From NCBI GenBank assembly GCA_963754875.1, contig CAVWHO010000010.1, positions 1 to 64,000 on the forward strand: DNA of 64,000 bases, in the 5' to 3' direction. This document shows positions 38,616 to 48,711 of the stretch, in pieces; the first letter of the stretch is position 1, and each line of letters opens with the position of its first letter. The position numbers were made by a program, and so were the translations under genes. The stretch comes from Nitrospirota bacterium. GTDB taxonomy: Bacteria; Nitrospirota; UBA9217. The notes under the pieces were generated by a model that worked only from the letters and a program-made list of their open reading frames with translations, searched no databases and was not told the DNA's origin.

Positions 38616-38644
38616 TTGACATTCCGCCGGTGCTGTGTTATAAA
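38616..38644 (+). promoter_or_regulatory. Sigma70 promoter of btu operon
   Basis: TTGACA-17 bp-TATAAA with TGn extension. Confidence 0.65.
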
Positions 38645-38664
38645 AACCCTACAATATAATTAAT

Positions 38665-38830
38665 AGCATCCAGGCTAAGGGAATCCCGTGAAATTCGGGA
38701 GTGGACCCGCCGCTGTAATCCCCGTCCTCGCTGAAAGCGAGGACGCATGCTTCTGTCTAACATATGCCACTGGCCCTGTCGGGCTGGGAAGGCAGGCAGA
38801 AGAGGGAGAGCCAGAAGACCTGCATGGATG
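38665..38830 (+). ncRNA. Cobalamin riboswitch 1
   Basis: AAGGGAA, GTGAAATTC, CCGCTGTAA, GCCACTG, GGGAAGG, AGCCAGAAGACCTGC B12 box; upstream of btuFCD. Confidence 0.92.
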
Positions 38831-38882
38831 TTCTCGCACAGTCTTCGGCGCTAAGATAATGTGTGGGTTAATATTTTCTATT

Positions 38883-38917
38883 AATCCCCAGTCTTGCAAG
38901 AAGACTGGGGATTTTTT
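38883..38917 (+). terminator. Riboswitch expression-platform terminator
   Basis: AATCCCCAGTCTT/AAGACTGGGGATT stem + T-run between riboswitch and btuF. Confidence 0.8.
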
Positions 38918-39041
38918 GTTGGGAGATAGGAACCAGAGGAGCTTCGCACTTGGGCCTTTGCTCACGGAAAAGGCGAGATAGGGTGTCAGTCTGTGTTAAT
39001 CTGTGTGTCACGACGAAGTCGGGACCCGTGGTTTTAAAATA

Positions 39042-39884
39042 TTGAAAAAACTATTTATCATACTATCACTTGTCCTCGGTATATCTTATTCTCTCTCAGC
39101 CGCTGAAGCTGTATCGCCGCCCAAGCGTATTGTGTCGCTCGCGCCGAGCATGACCGAGATCCTCTTTGCGCTTGGGTTGGGGGACAACATCGTCGGCGTC
39201 ACGACGTTTTGCGATTATCCGGAAGAAGCGAGGAAAAAGCCGAAAATCGGCGGCATGTCCAATCCTTCTCTCGAAGCTGTGCTCTCGCTCAAACCGGACA
39301 TCGTGGTTCTGACAACGGACGGAAACCCGAAGGAATTCGAGGAGAGGCTCATCTCGCTGAAGATTAAAACGTATGTCTTTGAGGCCCGGACCATCAGCGG
39401 ACTTCCGCAAGGCATTCGGAACCTGGCAGAAGCGTTAGGGGCCAAAGCGCGCGGGGAGCAGCTTGCGAAGTCAATTGAAGACGGGGTCCGAAAGGCGTCC
39501 CGGTCGACCTCCCGCGTCACTGATCGTGCATCGGGCAAAAAAGTCTTATTCATCGTCTGGCCCGAACCCCTTATCGTAGCTGGCCCCGGCACTGCCATTG
39601 ACGACGCCATAAAGCTTTTGGGATACGGCAACATTGCATCACAGGCAGCGACAGCCTATCCGAAATATTCGATCGAAGAGGTCATGCGTCAGGCGCCGGA
39701 TATTATCGTCATCGGGAAGGGATCGGGTATGGACATGGTTGCCGTGTCAAAAGGCATCTTGAGGAGACTGGCGACGGTGCCCGCCGTGAAGAACGACAGA
39801 GTCTGTTATGTGGGGGACGGTTTGTACCGCCTGGGGCCCCGCGTTGTCCAGGGCATCGAGGAGCTTTCCGCATGTCTCAAGTAA
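39042..39884 (+). CDS. btuF: Cobalamin ABC transporter periplasmic binding protein (start uncertain)
   Basis: RIVSLAPSMTEILFALG, VGVTTFCDYP, RLGPR. Confidence 0.88.
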   Translation: MKKLFIILSLVLGISYSLSAAEAVSPPKRIVSLAPSMTEILFALGLGDNIVGVTTFCDYPEEARKKPKIGGMSNPSLEAVLSLKPDIVVLTTDGNPKEFEERLISLKIKTYVFEARTISGLPQGIRNLAEALGAKARGEQLAKSIEDGVRKASRSTSRVTDRASGKKVLFIVWPEPLIVAGPGTAIDDAIKLLGYGNIASQAATAYPKYSIEEVMRQAPDIIVIGKGSGMDMVAVSKGILRRLATVPAVKNDRVCYVGDGLYRLGPRVVQGIEELSACLK

Positions 39885-40837
39885 GAATAGGAATCTTGCT
39901 GGTTGTTGCTCTGTTCATCGTATCGTGCTCGGTCTTTTTCGGACCGAGGATCATCATGCCGGTTCATCTGAGCGAGACGGACCGGGAGATATTGCTTTTC
40001 ATCCGCATGCCGCGAGTGTTCGTTGCTTTCCTCATGGGCATGGCGCTTGGCGCCTCTGGAGCGCTTTTGCAGGGGATACTCCGGAATCCGCTGGCCGATC
40101 CTTACATCCTGGGCATATCCAGCGGAGCATCACTTACGGCGGCGCTGGGCATTATCGGCGGCTTCTCTTTTCTCGGATCGTTCACCATACCGGTGCTTGC
40201 TTTTGCGGGCGCTGTAGTCACCGGCGGCATTGTAGGGGTGATGGGATGGAAGCGGGGCGGTCTCTGGCCGGAACGGCTGCTCCTTGCGGGAGTGGGCCTG
40301 AGCTTTCTCTTTTCAGCGCTTTTGATGCTTATGATGAGCATCTCGACCGATGAAGGCCTCAGGCGCGCCATGCTCTGGATCTTCGGCGATTTGTCCATGT
40401 CCGAATGGTCCCGCATTCCCTATGGTCTTGCCTTTGTCGCTGCAGGCATCCTGTTGTCGATAACCAGGGCAAAGGCGCTGAATGCCCTGATCCTCGGAGA
40501 CGATTTTGCCCACAGCCTCGGGTTTTCTCCCCAGCGGGAGCGGATGATCCTCTTTGTAGCGGTCGGGTTGATGACTGCGGCATCGGTATCGCTCGGCGGC
40601 ATGATCGGCTTTATTGGCCTCCTTGTCCCGCATATCATGCGGTTCTTTCTCGGGGCGGACAGCAGGCTCCTCATTCCGGCTTCAGCGATCGGCGGCGGTT
40701 CGCTTCTCTGTATGGCGGACCTGATCAGCCGGTCTTTGCTTCCGCCGATGGAACTTCCTGCGGGAGTAGTGACGGCCATCATCGGTGCGCCTTATTTTCT
40801 GTATTTGCTCAGGAGGAAAGATGTCCTCAGCATCTAA
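39872..40837 (+). CDS. btuC: Cobalamin ABC transporter permease
   Basis: RMPRV, RNPLADPYILGISSGA, IGFIGLLVPH, GAPYFLYLL. Confidence 0.88.
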   Translation: MSQVRIGILLVVALFIVSCSVFFGPRIIMPVHLSETDREILLFIRMPRVFVAFLMGMALGASGALLQGILRNPLADPYILGISSGASLTAALGIIGGFSFLGSFTIPVLAFAGAVVTGGIVGVMGWKRGGLWPERLLLAGVGLSFLFSALLMLMMSISTDEGLRRAMLWIFGDLSMSEWSRIPYGLAFVAAGILLSITRAKALNALILGDDFAHSLGFSPQRERMILFVAVGLMTAASVSLGGMIGFIGLLVPHIMRFFLGADSRLLIPASAIGGGSLLCMADLISRSLLPPMELPAGVVTAIIGAPYFLYLLRRKDVLSI

Positions 40838-41600
40838 AAAACCGAGGATCCTCGAACTCGGTAACGTCTGCTATTCCTACGACCGCAACCGGCCGTTCAT
40901 CCATGACCTGTCGTTCTCGATCGGGGCAGGTGATTTTATCGGGTTGCTCGGGGCGAACGGTTCCGGCAAGTCGACGATCATGAAACTTGCGAGCGGAATT
41001 CTGAAGCCATCGTCAGGCAGCATCATGCTCTGGGGCAAGGCTCTTTCGGTAGTGAACAACCGGGACCGCGCCAAGCTGATCAGCTATCTCCCCCAAACGC
41101 TCGATATCAGCGTTCCCTTCGCAGTCAAGGAACTGGTCGGCATGGGGCTCTATCCCTACGACATCCCTCCGGCGATGACTGTCGACGAGGCGCTGGATAT
41201 GGTCGGCTTAACGGAAAAGGCGGACGCCCATCTTACCGACCTCTCCGGCGGCGAGAGGAGAAGGACCTTTATCGCTATGACGCTGTTACAGGGAGCTGGG
41301 CTGCTGCTCCTGGACGAACCGCTCGCCAACCTCGACATAAAATACCAGATCGAACTGGTCAGGCTCCTCAAGAAACTGCGCGAAGTAAAAAATATTTCCG
41401 TGGTGATGGCCCTTCACGACATCAACATTGCTCTCCAGTTCGAGAAGGTGATTCTGATCAAGGACGGCAACATCATCGGATCGGGCAGGCCGGACGAAGT
41501 CCTGTCGCAAAGCATGCTGAAACAGGCCTTTGACGTAGATATCGAGGTAAAAAAAACAGGGAGCGATGGTATTGATTTCAGCTTTGAGAATAATTTTTAG
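40821..41600 (+). CDS. btuD: Cobalamin ABC transporter ATPase
   Basis: GANGSGKST, LSGGE, LLDEP, LHDIN. Confidence 0.85.
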   Translation: MSSASKKPRILELGNVCYSYDRNRPFIHDLSFSIGAGDFIGLLGANGSGKSTIMKLASGILKPSSGSIMLWGKALSVVNNRDRAKLISYLPQTLDISVPFAVKELVGMGLYPYDIPPAMTVDEALDMVGLTEKADAHLTDLSGGERRRTFIAMTLLQGAGLLLLDEPLANLDIKYQIELVRLLKKLREVKNISVVMALHDINIALQFEKVILIKDGNIIGSGRPDEVLSQSMLKQAFDVDIEVKKTGSDGIDFSFENNF

Positions 41601-41612
41601 GAGGAATGGGTA

Positions 41613-42269
41613 ATGTACTGTGCATCCTGGAGCGGCGGTAAAGACAGCTGTCTTGCAAGTTATCTTGCACAAAAACAGGGAAAGAAACTGTCGCACCTGG
41701 TCCATTTCGACCGGCCGAACAATCTTCACGGTGTCGATCCGGCCATGATAAAGCTCCAGGCAGAACTCACGGGCATCCCGATGATCCAGCGGAAGGTCGC
41801 ATCCGCAGATTTTGAACGCGAGTTCAAGAAAACAGTGGGCGAGCTCGCAACGAGCGGGGCACAGGGCATGGTCTTCGGCGACATCTACCTCGAACCGCAT
41901 AAAGAGTGGGTCGATCGCGTGTGCCATGAACTCGGCATCGAGCCAGTAGAACCGCTCTGGGGCATGAACACGGAGAACATCATTCAGAACTTTCTGAATA
42001 AAGGTTTTGAAACGATCGTGGCAAGCGGCAACCGTGACCTGATCGATAAAAAATATATCGGCCGCAAGATGGACCAGGAATTCATCGATTATCTCAAATC
42101 GAAAAAACTCGATGTCTGTGGCGAGAGCGGTGAGTTTCATACTTTTGTCACGAGCGGCCCGCTGTTCCGTGGAAAGATCGAAATCAAGGCTTCCGAGGTG
42201 GTGAGCAGGGATGGGTTCTGGTTTCTCGATGTCAAAGATTACAAAGTCGTTAAACAAGAGAGGCAGTGA
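41613..42269 (+). CDS. Diphthine-ammonia ligase-like (Dph6/MJ0570) PP-loop ATPase
   Basis: SWSGGKDS, VFGDI, EPLW, CGESGEFHTFV. Confidence 0.88.
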   Translation: MYCASWSGGKDSCLASYLAQKQGKKLSHLVHFDRPNNLHGVDPAMIKLQAELTGIPMIQRKVASADFEREFKKTVGELATSGAQGMVFGDIYLEPHKEWVDRVCHELGIEPVEPLWGMNTENIIQNFLNKGFETIVASGNRDLIDKKYIGRKMDQEFIDYLKSKKLDVCGESGEFHTFVTSGPLFRGKIEIKASEVVSRDGFWFLDVKDYKVVKQERQ

Positions 42270-43813
42270 CTTCGTTGACTGCTAAACCGCTCATGATACA
42301 GGGCACAGGCTCAGGCGTCGGCAAGAGCATCATCGTCGCAGGCCTTTGCAGGATTTTTCGGGACGAAGGGGTCAACGTCGCGCCGTTCAAGGCGCAGAAT
42401 ATGGCTTTGAACTCCTTCATTACGCAAGAGGGCGGCGAGATCGGACGTGCCCAGGCCTATCAGGCGGAAGCAGCGCGGGTCCAGCCGTCCATTGACATGA
42501 ATCCCGTTTTGCTCAAGGCAACAGGCGAGGCCGGGTGCCAGGTGATCCTGAACGGCAGGGTACATGCCAACATGGGTGCCCAGGAATACTACGCCTTCAA
42601 AGAGCATGCGTGGGCAGCAGTCACGCAGGCCTATGACCGGCTGTCGAAGCGTCATGACCTCATCATCATCGAAGGGGCGGGAAGCCCTGCTGAGATCAAC
42701 CTCAGCAACGACGAAGTCGTGAACATGAGTGTGGCCAGATATGTCAAGGCTCCGGTGATCCTTGTCGGCGACATCGACAAAGGAGGCGTATTCGCGTCGT
42801 TGTACGGGACTATCGCGCTCCTCGACGGCGACGCTGATTACATCAAGGCCTTCATCATCAACAAATTTCGAGGCGACTTGGCAATCCTCCAGCCGGGCCT
42901 GGAAATGATACGCGAGAAAACAAACAGACCGGTCCTTGGCGTGATTCCTTATCGTGGAGATCTCGGACTGCATGAAGAGGACGGCATCCCTCTGGAACGG
43001 CTCTGGTGGTCCAACCACGGAACACTGCAGGGGCCGAAGCTCAAGATCGTTGTAGTCCGGCTGAGATATATCTCGAACTTCACCGATTTCGATCCGTTCC
43101 TGTACGAGCCGGATACCGAACTCATTTACTCACTGCGGGACGCCGATATCGAGCATGCCGATCTCGTTATCATTCCGGGCTCAAAAAACACCGTACAAGA
43201 CCTGCTCTTCCTGAGGGAAGCAGGAATCGAAAAAAGTATAAAAAGGGCCGCAGCAAAGGGCATCCCGATCGTGGGTGTGTGCGGCGGGTATCAAATGCTC
43301 GGGAAAAAACTCCACGATCCTTTTGGCGTGGAAAGCCCTCATCGCGAAGTTGACGGCCTTGGTCTTCTCGATATAGAAACAGTACTGGAGAAAACAAAGG
43401 TGACCGCCCAGGTGGAGGCAGTACAAAGTTCCGAGTTCAGAGTTCAGAATGGAGATGCAAATAAGCTGAAAGGCTATGAGATTCATATGGGCAGGACAAC
43501 GGGCGATGTTGGGCTATTCAAGGTGAAGAGGCTTTGTTCTTACGCTGAACTCGGAACGATGAACTCTGAACTAATAGCGGACGGTTCTCGAAAGGGAAAT
43601 GTCTGGGGGACTTATATCCACGGGATATTCGACAACGACCTTTTCAGGCGCGATCTCGTTAATTCACTCAGGACCAAGCGCGGATTGGCTGCGTTCGATG
43701 AGGTCGTTGACTTCGAGAAAGCGCGTGACAAGGCGCTCGACCAATGGGCGGACCTCCTGCGCGAAAGTATCGACATGCGATATATAAGAGAGCTTATCTC
43801 AGGAAAGGGGTGA
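42266..43813 (+). CDS. cbiP: Cobyric acid synthase CbiP/CobQ
   Basis: QGTGSGVGKS, PFKAQNMALNS, EGAGSPAEIN, ISNFTDFDP, GVCGGYQMLG, GYEIH, GTYIHG. Confidence 0.95.
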   Translation: MTSLTAKPLMIQGTGSGVGKSIIVAGLCRIFRDEGVNVAPFKAQNMALNSFITQEGGEIGRAQAYQAEAARVQPSIDMNPVLLKATGEAGCQVILNGRVHANMGAQEYYAFKEHAWAAVTQAYDRLSKRHDLIIIEGAGSPAEINLSNDEVVNMSVARYVKAPVILVGDIDKGGVFASLYGTIALLDGDADYIKAFIINKFRGDLAILQPGLEMIREKTNRPVLGVIPYRGDLGLHEEDGIPLERLWWSNHGTLQGPKLKIVVVRLRYISNFTDFDPFLYEPDTELIYSLRDADIEHADLVIIPGSKNTVQDLLFLREAGIEKSIKRAAAKGIPIVGVCGGYQMLGKKLHDPFGVESPHREVDGLGLLDIETVLEKTKVTAQVEAVQSSEFRVQNGDANKLKGYEIHMGRTTGDVGLFKVKRLCSYAELGTMNSELIADGSRKGNVWGTYIHGIFDNDLFRRDLVNSLRTKRGLAAFDEVVDFEKARDKALDQWADLLRESIDMRYIRELISGKG

Positions 43814-43874
43814 TGGAAATACTCCATAATAACGGAAAGCCCGCAGTGAGCTAGCTCGACACAAAAATCTACAA

Positions 43875-44067
43875 GGGAATGGCGAAGCGGAAGGGGGTGA
43901 GAATCCCCAGCTGTCGCGCAACTGTGATGGAAACGAAAGCCGTGAACGCCACTGGGTGAGACGTGCAAGAACGTTTAAACTGTTGACACCGTTTAAACCT
44001 ATTGAGCGACGAGATCCGGGAAGGCCGGTGAGTAGGAAGTCCTAAGCCAGGAGACCTCTCATTCCCG
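43875..44067 (+). ncRNA. Cobalamin riboswitch 2
   Basis: GGAA-GGGGGTGAGAATCCCC, GCAACTGT, GCCACTGG, GGGAAGG, AGCCAGGAGACCT; upstream of TonB receptor. Confidence 0.9.
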
Positions 44068-44093
44068 AAAACCTCGAATGAAGGAGAATTGAT

Positions 44094-46010
44094 ATGTTCA
44101 GGAAGATTGTTGCAGGCGTAGCTATGTTGTCGGCATCAATGTTGATCAATAGCGTTTCAACAGCCATGACCGACGTACAAATGAACGAAGTCGTAGTAAC
44201 TGCCACTAAGACGGAACGGAAGCCGCAGGACGTGACCCAGTCCGTTACAGTAGTAACGTCAGACGAAATCGCAAAATCGGGTGCAACGAACGTGGCCGAA
44301 GTCATCAGCACGACCGCCGGTGTGATGGTGACCGATCAGGGGCCTTTCGGGTCGCTTCAAGCCGTTAACCTTCGCGGCTCTTCGTATCAGCAGGTCCTGG
44401 TGCTTCTGGACGGCAAACGGTTGAATTCGGCAAGTGCGGGAGGGTACGATCTGTCCGAACTTCCGGTCCCTCTTGATTCAATCGAACGGATCGAGATAGT
44501 CCGTGGTCCTGCCTCGGCGTTGTACGGCGCTGATGCAGTAGGAGGCGTCGTTAATATCATCACAAAAAAACCCACAGCCCCTGTCACGACGCTAAGCGGC
44601 GATCTCGGCGCCAATGTAGACACCAAAGGAAATGCAAAAAAACCGGTTTCGACACACGCATCGATCTATAATTCCGGGAGAAACGGGAACAGCTATTATG
44701 CATTGTCCTACAGCAAAGACCATTCTAACGGATACCGCCAAAACGACGATGCTGACCAGTATACTGCAGGCGTCAAGCTCGGCTACGATCTCGATGCAGC
44801 ATCATCCATAGAGGCCAGTGCCGACTATCTCAGAAAAAATATCGGAGTGCCTGGTTCAGTGCAGTTTACAACTCCGTTTGCGCGTCAGCTGAACTCTGAA
44901 ACCGTTACGGGAGTGCAATATAAAGAACGGTTGTCCAAAGCAGTAGATATCAACGTACGTGTCTATCAAAATGAAGATATACTTAGCTATCGGAACCAGG
45001 CCGATCCTTTTTTCCCTGCAGACACAAAAACCCGAAGTACGACTTCCGGTGAAGAGACACAAGTGAACTGGCTCATGAATTCATTTTCCGTCGTTACCCT
45101 TGGGGCAGAGGAACGTGATGACAGCATGGTCAATACCGATATTGTGCTCGATAATATTGCCCGCACACATACTGCATCGATTTTTTCAGGATACATTCAG
45201 GACGAGATGAACTTGGGCGATTCTCTTATCCTCGTTTTAGGAGGCCGGAGCGACATTCATTCCAGATTCGGGAGTAAATGGAGCCCGAAGGCAAGCGGCC
45301 GATACCTTATTGCAAAGAGCGGCACCATTTTCCGGGCGTCGTACGGAAAGAGCTTCAGGGCGCCGACCTTAAATGATCTCTATTTTCCAAGTGATTCACT
45401 CGGCAATGGAGGAAATCCGAATCTCAAACCGGAATCTGCGGAGGAATACGAAGGCGGAATCGAGCAATCCCTCGGCACGGGAAATTCGATAAAATTTACA
45501 GCTTTCAACCGCAGGGTGAAGGACCTTATCCAGTGGACGGTAGCCGATCCGGTCAATTTCCCCTTTGGTTATATGCCGGCAAATGTCGGGAGAGCGCGCA
45601 TCAGCGGGACGGAAACAGAACTGCATTTCGTCGCTTCTCAAAGCGTGTCAGGGAATATCAGCTATACACTGATGTTTCCGGTCGATGAAACCACAGGAGA
45701 ACGATTATTTTCCGACGTTTCACATATTCCCGCTCAGCAGCTCGGGGGGGTGCTGCAGATAGCTCTGGATTCTCAGACCGCTCTCTCTCTTGATGGACGG
45801 AGTGTGAGAAACTATGTTCATCCCGAAGACCCAAAATGGGATTATTACACCCTTGATGGGAAAATAACCGATACGATTGTGGCCCGGAAAGATTTGAAGA
45901 CCGAAGTTTTTATCGGGATGAAAAACATCTTCAATCGGAGATATGAAACCGTGAAGGGCTACCCCATGCCGCCGCAGACATTATACGGAGGGATGACGGC
46001 GTCGTTCTAA
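44094..46010 (+). CDS. btuB: TonB-dependent cobalamin receptor
   Basis: EVVVTAT TonB box, IERIEIVRGPASALYG plug, FRAPTLNDLY, C-terminal F; B12 riboswitch upstream. Confidence 0.88.
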   Translation: MFRKIVAGVAMLSASMLINSVSTAMTDVQMNEVVVTATKTERKPQDVTQSVTVVTSDEIAKSGATNVAEVISTTAGVMVTDQGPFGSLQAVNLRGSSYQQVLVLLDGKRLNSASAGGYDLSELPVPLDSIERIEIVRGPASALYGADAVGGVVNIITKKPTAPVTTLSGDLGANVDTKGNAKKPVSTHASIYNSGRNGNSYYALSYSKDHSNGYRQNDDADQYTAGVKLGYDLDAASSIEASADYLRKNIGVPGSVQFTTPFARQLNSETVTGVQYKERLSKAVDINVRVYQNEDILSYRNQADPFFPADTKTRSTTSGEETQVNWLMNSFSVVTLGAEERDDSMVNTDIVLDNIARTHTASIFSGYIQDEMNLGDSLILVLGGRSDIHSRFGSKWSPKASGRYLIAKSGTIFRASYGKSFRAPTLNDLYFPSDSLGNGGNPNLKPESAEEYEGGIEQSLGTGNSIKFTAFNRRVKDLIQWTVADPVNFPFGYMPANVGRARISGTETELHFVASQSVSGNISYTLMFPVDETTGERLFSDVSHIPAQQLGGVLQIALDSQTALSLDGRSVRNYVHPEDPKWDYYTLDGKITDTIVARKDLKTEVFIGMKNIFNRRYETVKGYPMPPQTLYGGMTASF

Positions 46011-46143
46011 GCTGCGGAATAAAACCGGAACGGAGACGGGGAGAGGGGGAACCGGCAGGGTCGATGACATCATTGTGCGTTTCCCCGTATCTCCCGTCAC
46101 TGTTTCAAGTGACTCAGATTGTTCTCTGTGGTACTATTTCTCT

Positions 46144-46789
46144 ATGACGTTCCGGCATTCATTTTATATTTCGATCGCCGCGCATATTTTTGCATTCGGA
46201 AGCGCGATTGCGTTCGCTCAGTTAGGGAGTGGACTATTACTTCTCCTCCCGCGACGCGATGATGGTCGCCCTGGTTTCTCCCGGACCGGCATCGGACAAG
46301 GGAAGGGGAACTCGTCACGAGCTACCCGCAGCGCTGCCAAAGAATCAAGCTGATCCCAGTGAAGAACGAGATGCCTGCTGTTGTCTCCCAAAGAGGCGGA
46401 CACGGCTTCAGTTCAGCAATCCGGCCAGATAACAAAAAACGTTGATATCGGCAGAGATGATGCGGGGCAAGCGCCGTCTGCCTCAGGAGCGGAGCAGGGC
46501 ACGTCAGCCCAATTCGGGATCGCATCGCCGCGCGGAATGGGCACTCATAGCAGCGTCCATAGAACGGACGAAAAACTATCCGCGCCTGGCGAGAGAGCGC
46601 GGCATTGAAGGGATGGTCCGCTTGCGGTTCAGGCTTACTTCTTCGGGCGCCGTCGAGAAGCTCGAAATCGTTCAGAGCTCGGGGTCCGAAATACTGGACA
46701 GTGCATCGATCGGCGCAGTGTATCGCGCGGCCCCTCTGCCTTATGTGAGCGGGTGGGTGGAAATGCCGATGAAATACGTTTTGAAGTGA
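46144..46789 (+). CDS. tonB: TonB energy transducer (about 3 frameshifts)
   Basis: N-terminal SIAAH TM helix; C-terminal YPRLARERGIEG, SSGSEILD, AAPLP. Confidence 0.75.
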
Positions 46790-46807
46790 CGATGAGGAAT
46801 TCGATTC

Positions 46808-47020
46808 ATGGAGCAGGGGATGAAAGGTAAACAAATAAAATGTCCGATCTGCAAAAAGGAGACGACCTGGAATAACAACCCTTTCAGGCCATTTTGCTCC
46901 GAGCGCTGCAGGCTGATCGATCTGGGGAAATGGGCTTCCGAGGACTACCGCATCCCGGGCGAGAAAAAGGATATTCCCGATGGCGATGATGGGGAAAAAA
47001 TAAATCAGAATGGTGGATAA
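46808..47020 (+). CDS. yacG: DNA gyrase inhibitor YacG
   Basis: CPIC...[17 protein letters not shown]. Confidence 0.92.
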   Translation: MEQGMKGKQIKCPICKKETTWNNNPFRPFCSERCRLIDLGKWASEDYRIPGEKKDIPDGDDGEKINQNGG

Positions 47021-47115
47021 TTTTTTAAAAATATATTACAATACACAAAATACGTTGGCAACAAGCAGATAGCTCATGATACGGTGCGAAGTAACGGACG
47101 GGAGGCAGCAGCAGG

Positions 47116-48553
47116 ATGGAAATCCGTTGTGAAAAATGTAATAAGCTCTTCCGTGTTGCTGATGAAAAAATTACGGGCAGCGGTGTCAAATTCTCCTGCA
47201 CGAAGTGCGGCGACTACTGTAAAAATCACCAGGGAAGAGTTCTATAACTACACGCTGTCCAAAACTGCCGTTTCCGCTCTCGACATGTTCGAGCCGAAGC
47301 CGAAACCAGATCTAACTTCAATGTTGGGACCGGACGCAGCAAAAGCAGAACAGGCACCGGACCGCGATGAGATAGCTGCTCAGGCGCCTCTTTCCTCGCC
47401 GAAAGATGTAGATCAATCATCTTCCTCTTCTCCTGACTTTTTGCAGGAAAAAGAAGAATCTGCGTTTTCAGAACCAAACCCTTTTGAAGAATTGTCTCTC
47501 GGGGAGGCGCTGCAACCCAAACAGGAGACATGGCATGATGGTGAGCCGGCTCTTGCACTTCCGGTCCAGCCGGAGCAGGAGCAGAAACCTGCTGCACTGA
47601 TTTCTGAACCAGACAAAAAAACGGAGCACTATCCCGAACCAGCCATAGAACCGGCCGGAGAACCAGCCATAGAACCGGTCGTAGAACCGGCCGTAGAACC
47701 AGCCGTAGAACCAGCCGTAGAACCGGCCATAGAACCAGCCATAGAACCGACAAGTCAGGCAATCCCGGCAGGACCTGAGCAAAAACAGGAGCAGGAACAT
47801 AAAACGATGCCTGCTACTGATCTTGTACCCATCCCGAAGACAGAGCCGAAGTCAGAACAGAAACCCGAAGAACCAGCGATAAGATCTCACGTACCTGAGA
47901 CGCCGCCCGCCGTTCAGACCAGGCCTTCACCAGCGCGGCCTGTGGTCCCGCACCCAATTTCGAAAAAGGAACCTGTGGAGCAAACCCGTCAAGAAACTCC
48001 GCAAACAGAATCTTCCCATTCCGGCAGGATGGTGCTCGTTCTGTTGTCCGCCTTCATTCTGCTGGGAGCCGTAGGGTATGGCGTATATAGGTTCATGCTG
48101 CCTTCTCTGCAGAATGCAGAGCGGCCTGCGGCTGTAATGACCTCAACCGAAGGATTACGCGTCGTTAACCCTTCGGGTTCGGTAGAACCAAACGGCGATC
48201 TGCTGATTGCCGGCTCAGTTGAGAACTTAACGGACAAAGAGCGCCCGGGATGGTATGTCGTCGTCGACGTGTACGATGCTAATGGCAAGGTATTGAATAA
48301 AATCAGGTTGTTGAACGGAAAACAGATTTACTCTCGTGCAGACTATGACATTTTATCAAAGCGCGGTGTGAATGTTCCGGAACTGAAAGCCAAAGCTCTT
48401 CAAAGTCAGGGAGTCGTCATACCGGCAAAAGGGAGCGTTCCTTTCGAATTGCGCTACCTCCAGCCTCCTGTCGGCATAGCGAGTTTCAATGCCACGTTGC
48501 AGCCCTTTGATCCCATCCGGCTGTTTAAGGAAATAGAAAAAGAGACCAAGTAG
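47116..48553 (+). CDS. Zinc-ribbon (MJ0042-like) membrane protein with Pro/Glu linker (frameshift near 47217)
   Basis: Own translation MEIRCEKC...VKFSCTKC from ATG 47116 joining the 47084 ORF; TM helix then periplasmic domain. Confidence 0.75.
47636..47749 (+). repeat. 12-bp coding tandem repeat (EPAI/EPAV, about 9.5 copies)
   Basis: GAACCRGCCRTA units. Confidence 0.9.
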
Positions 48554-48711
48554 CCAGCCAGGGGGTCTTCATCCATTTCATCGTGACTTATTTGGAAACT
48601 ACTATCTGCAGCAACGTTGTCGCAATCGCTCAGAAAGAACATATCCATAATCTGAAAAAATAGTTTACTGCTCAAAGACACTTTTCACGCCTTTCGCAGG
48701 CCTTTTTATAG

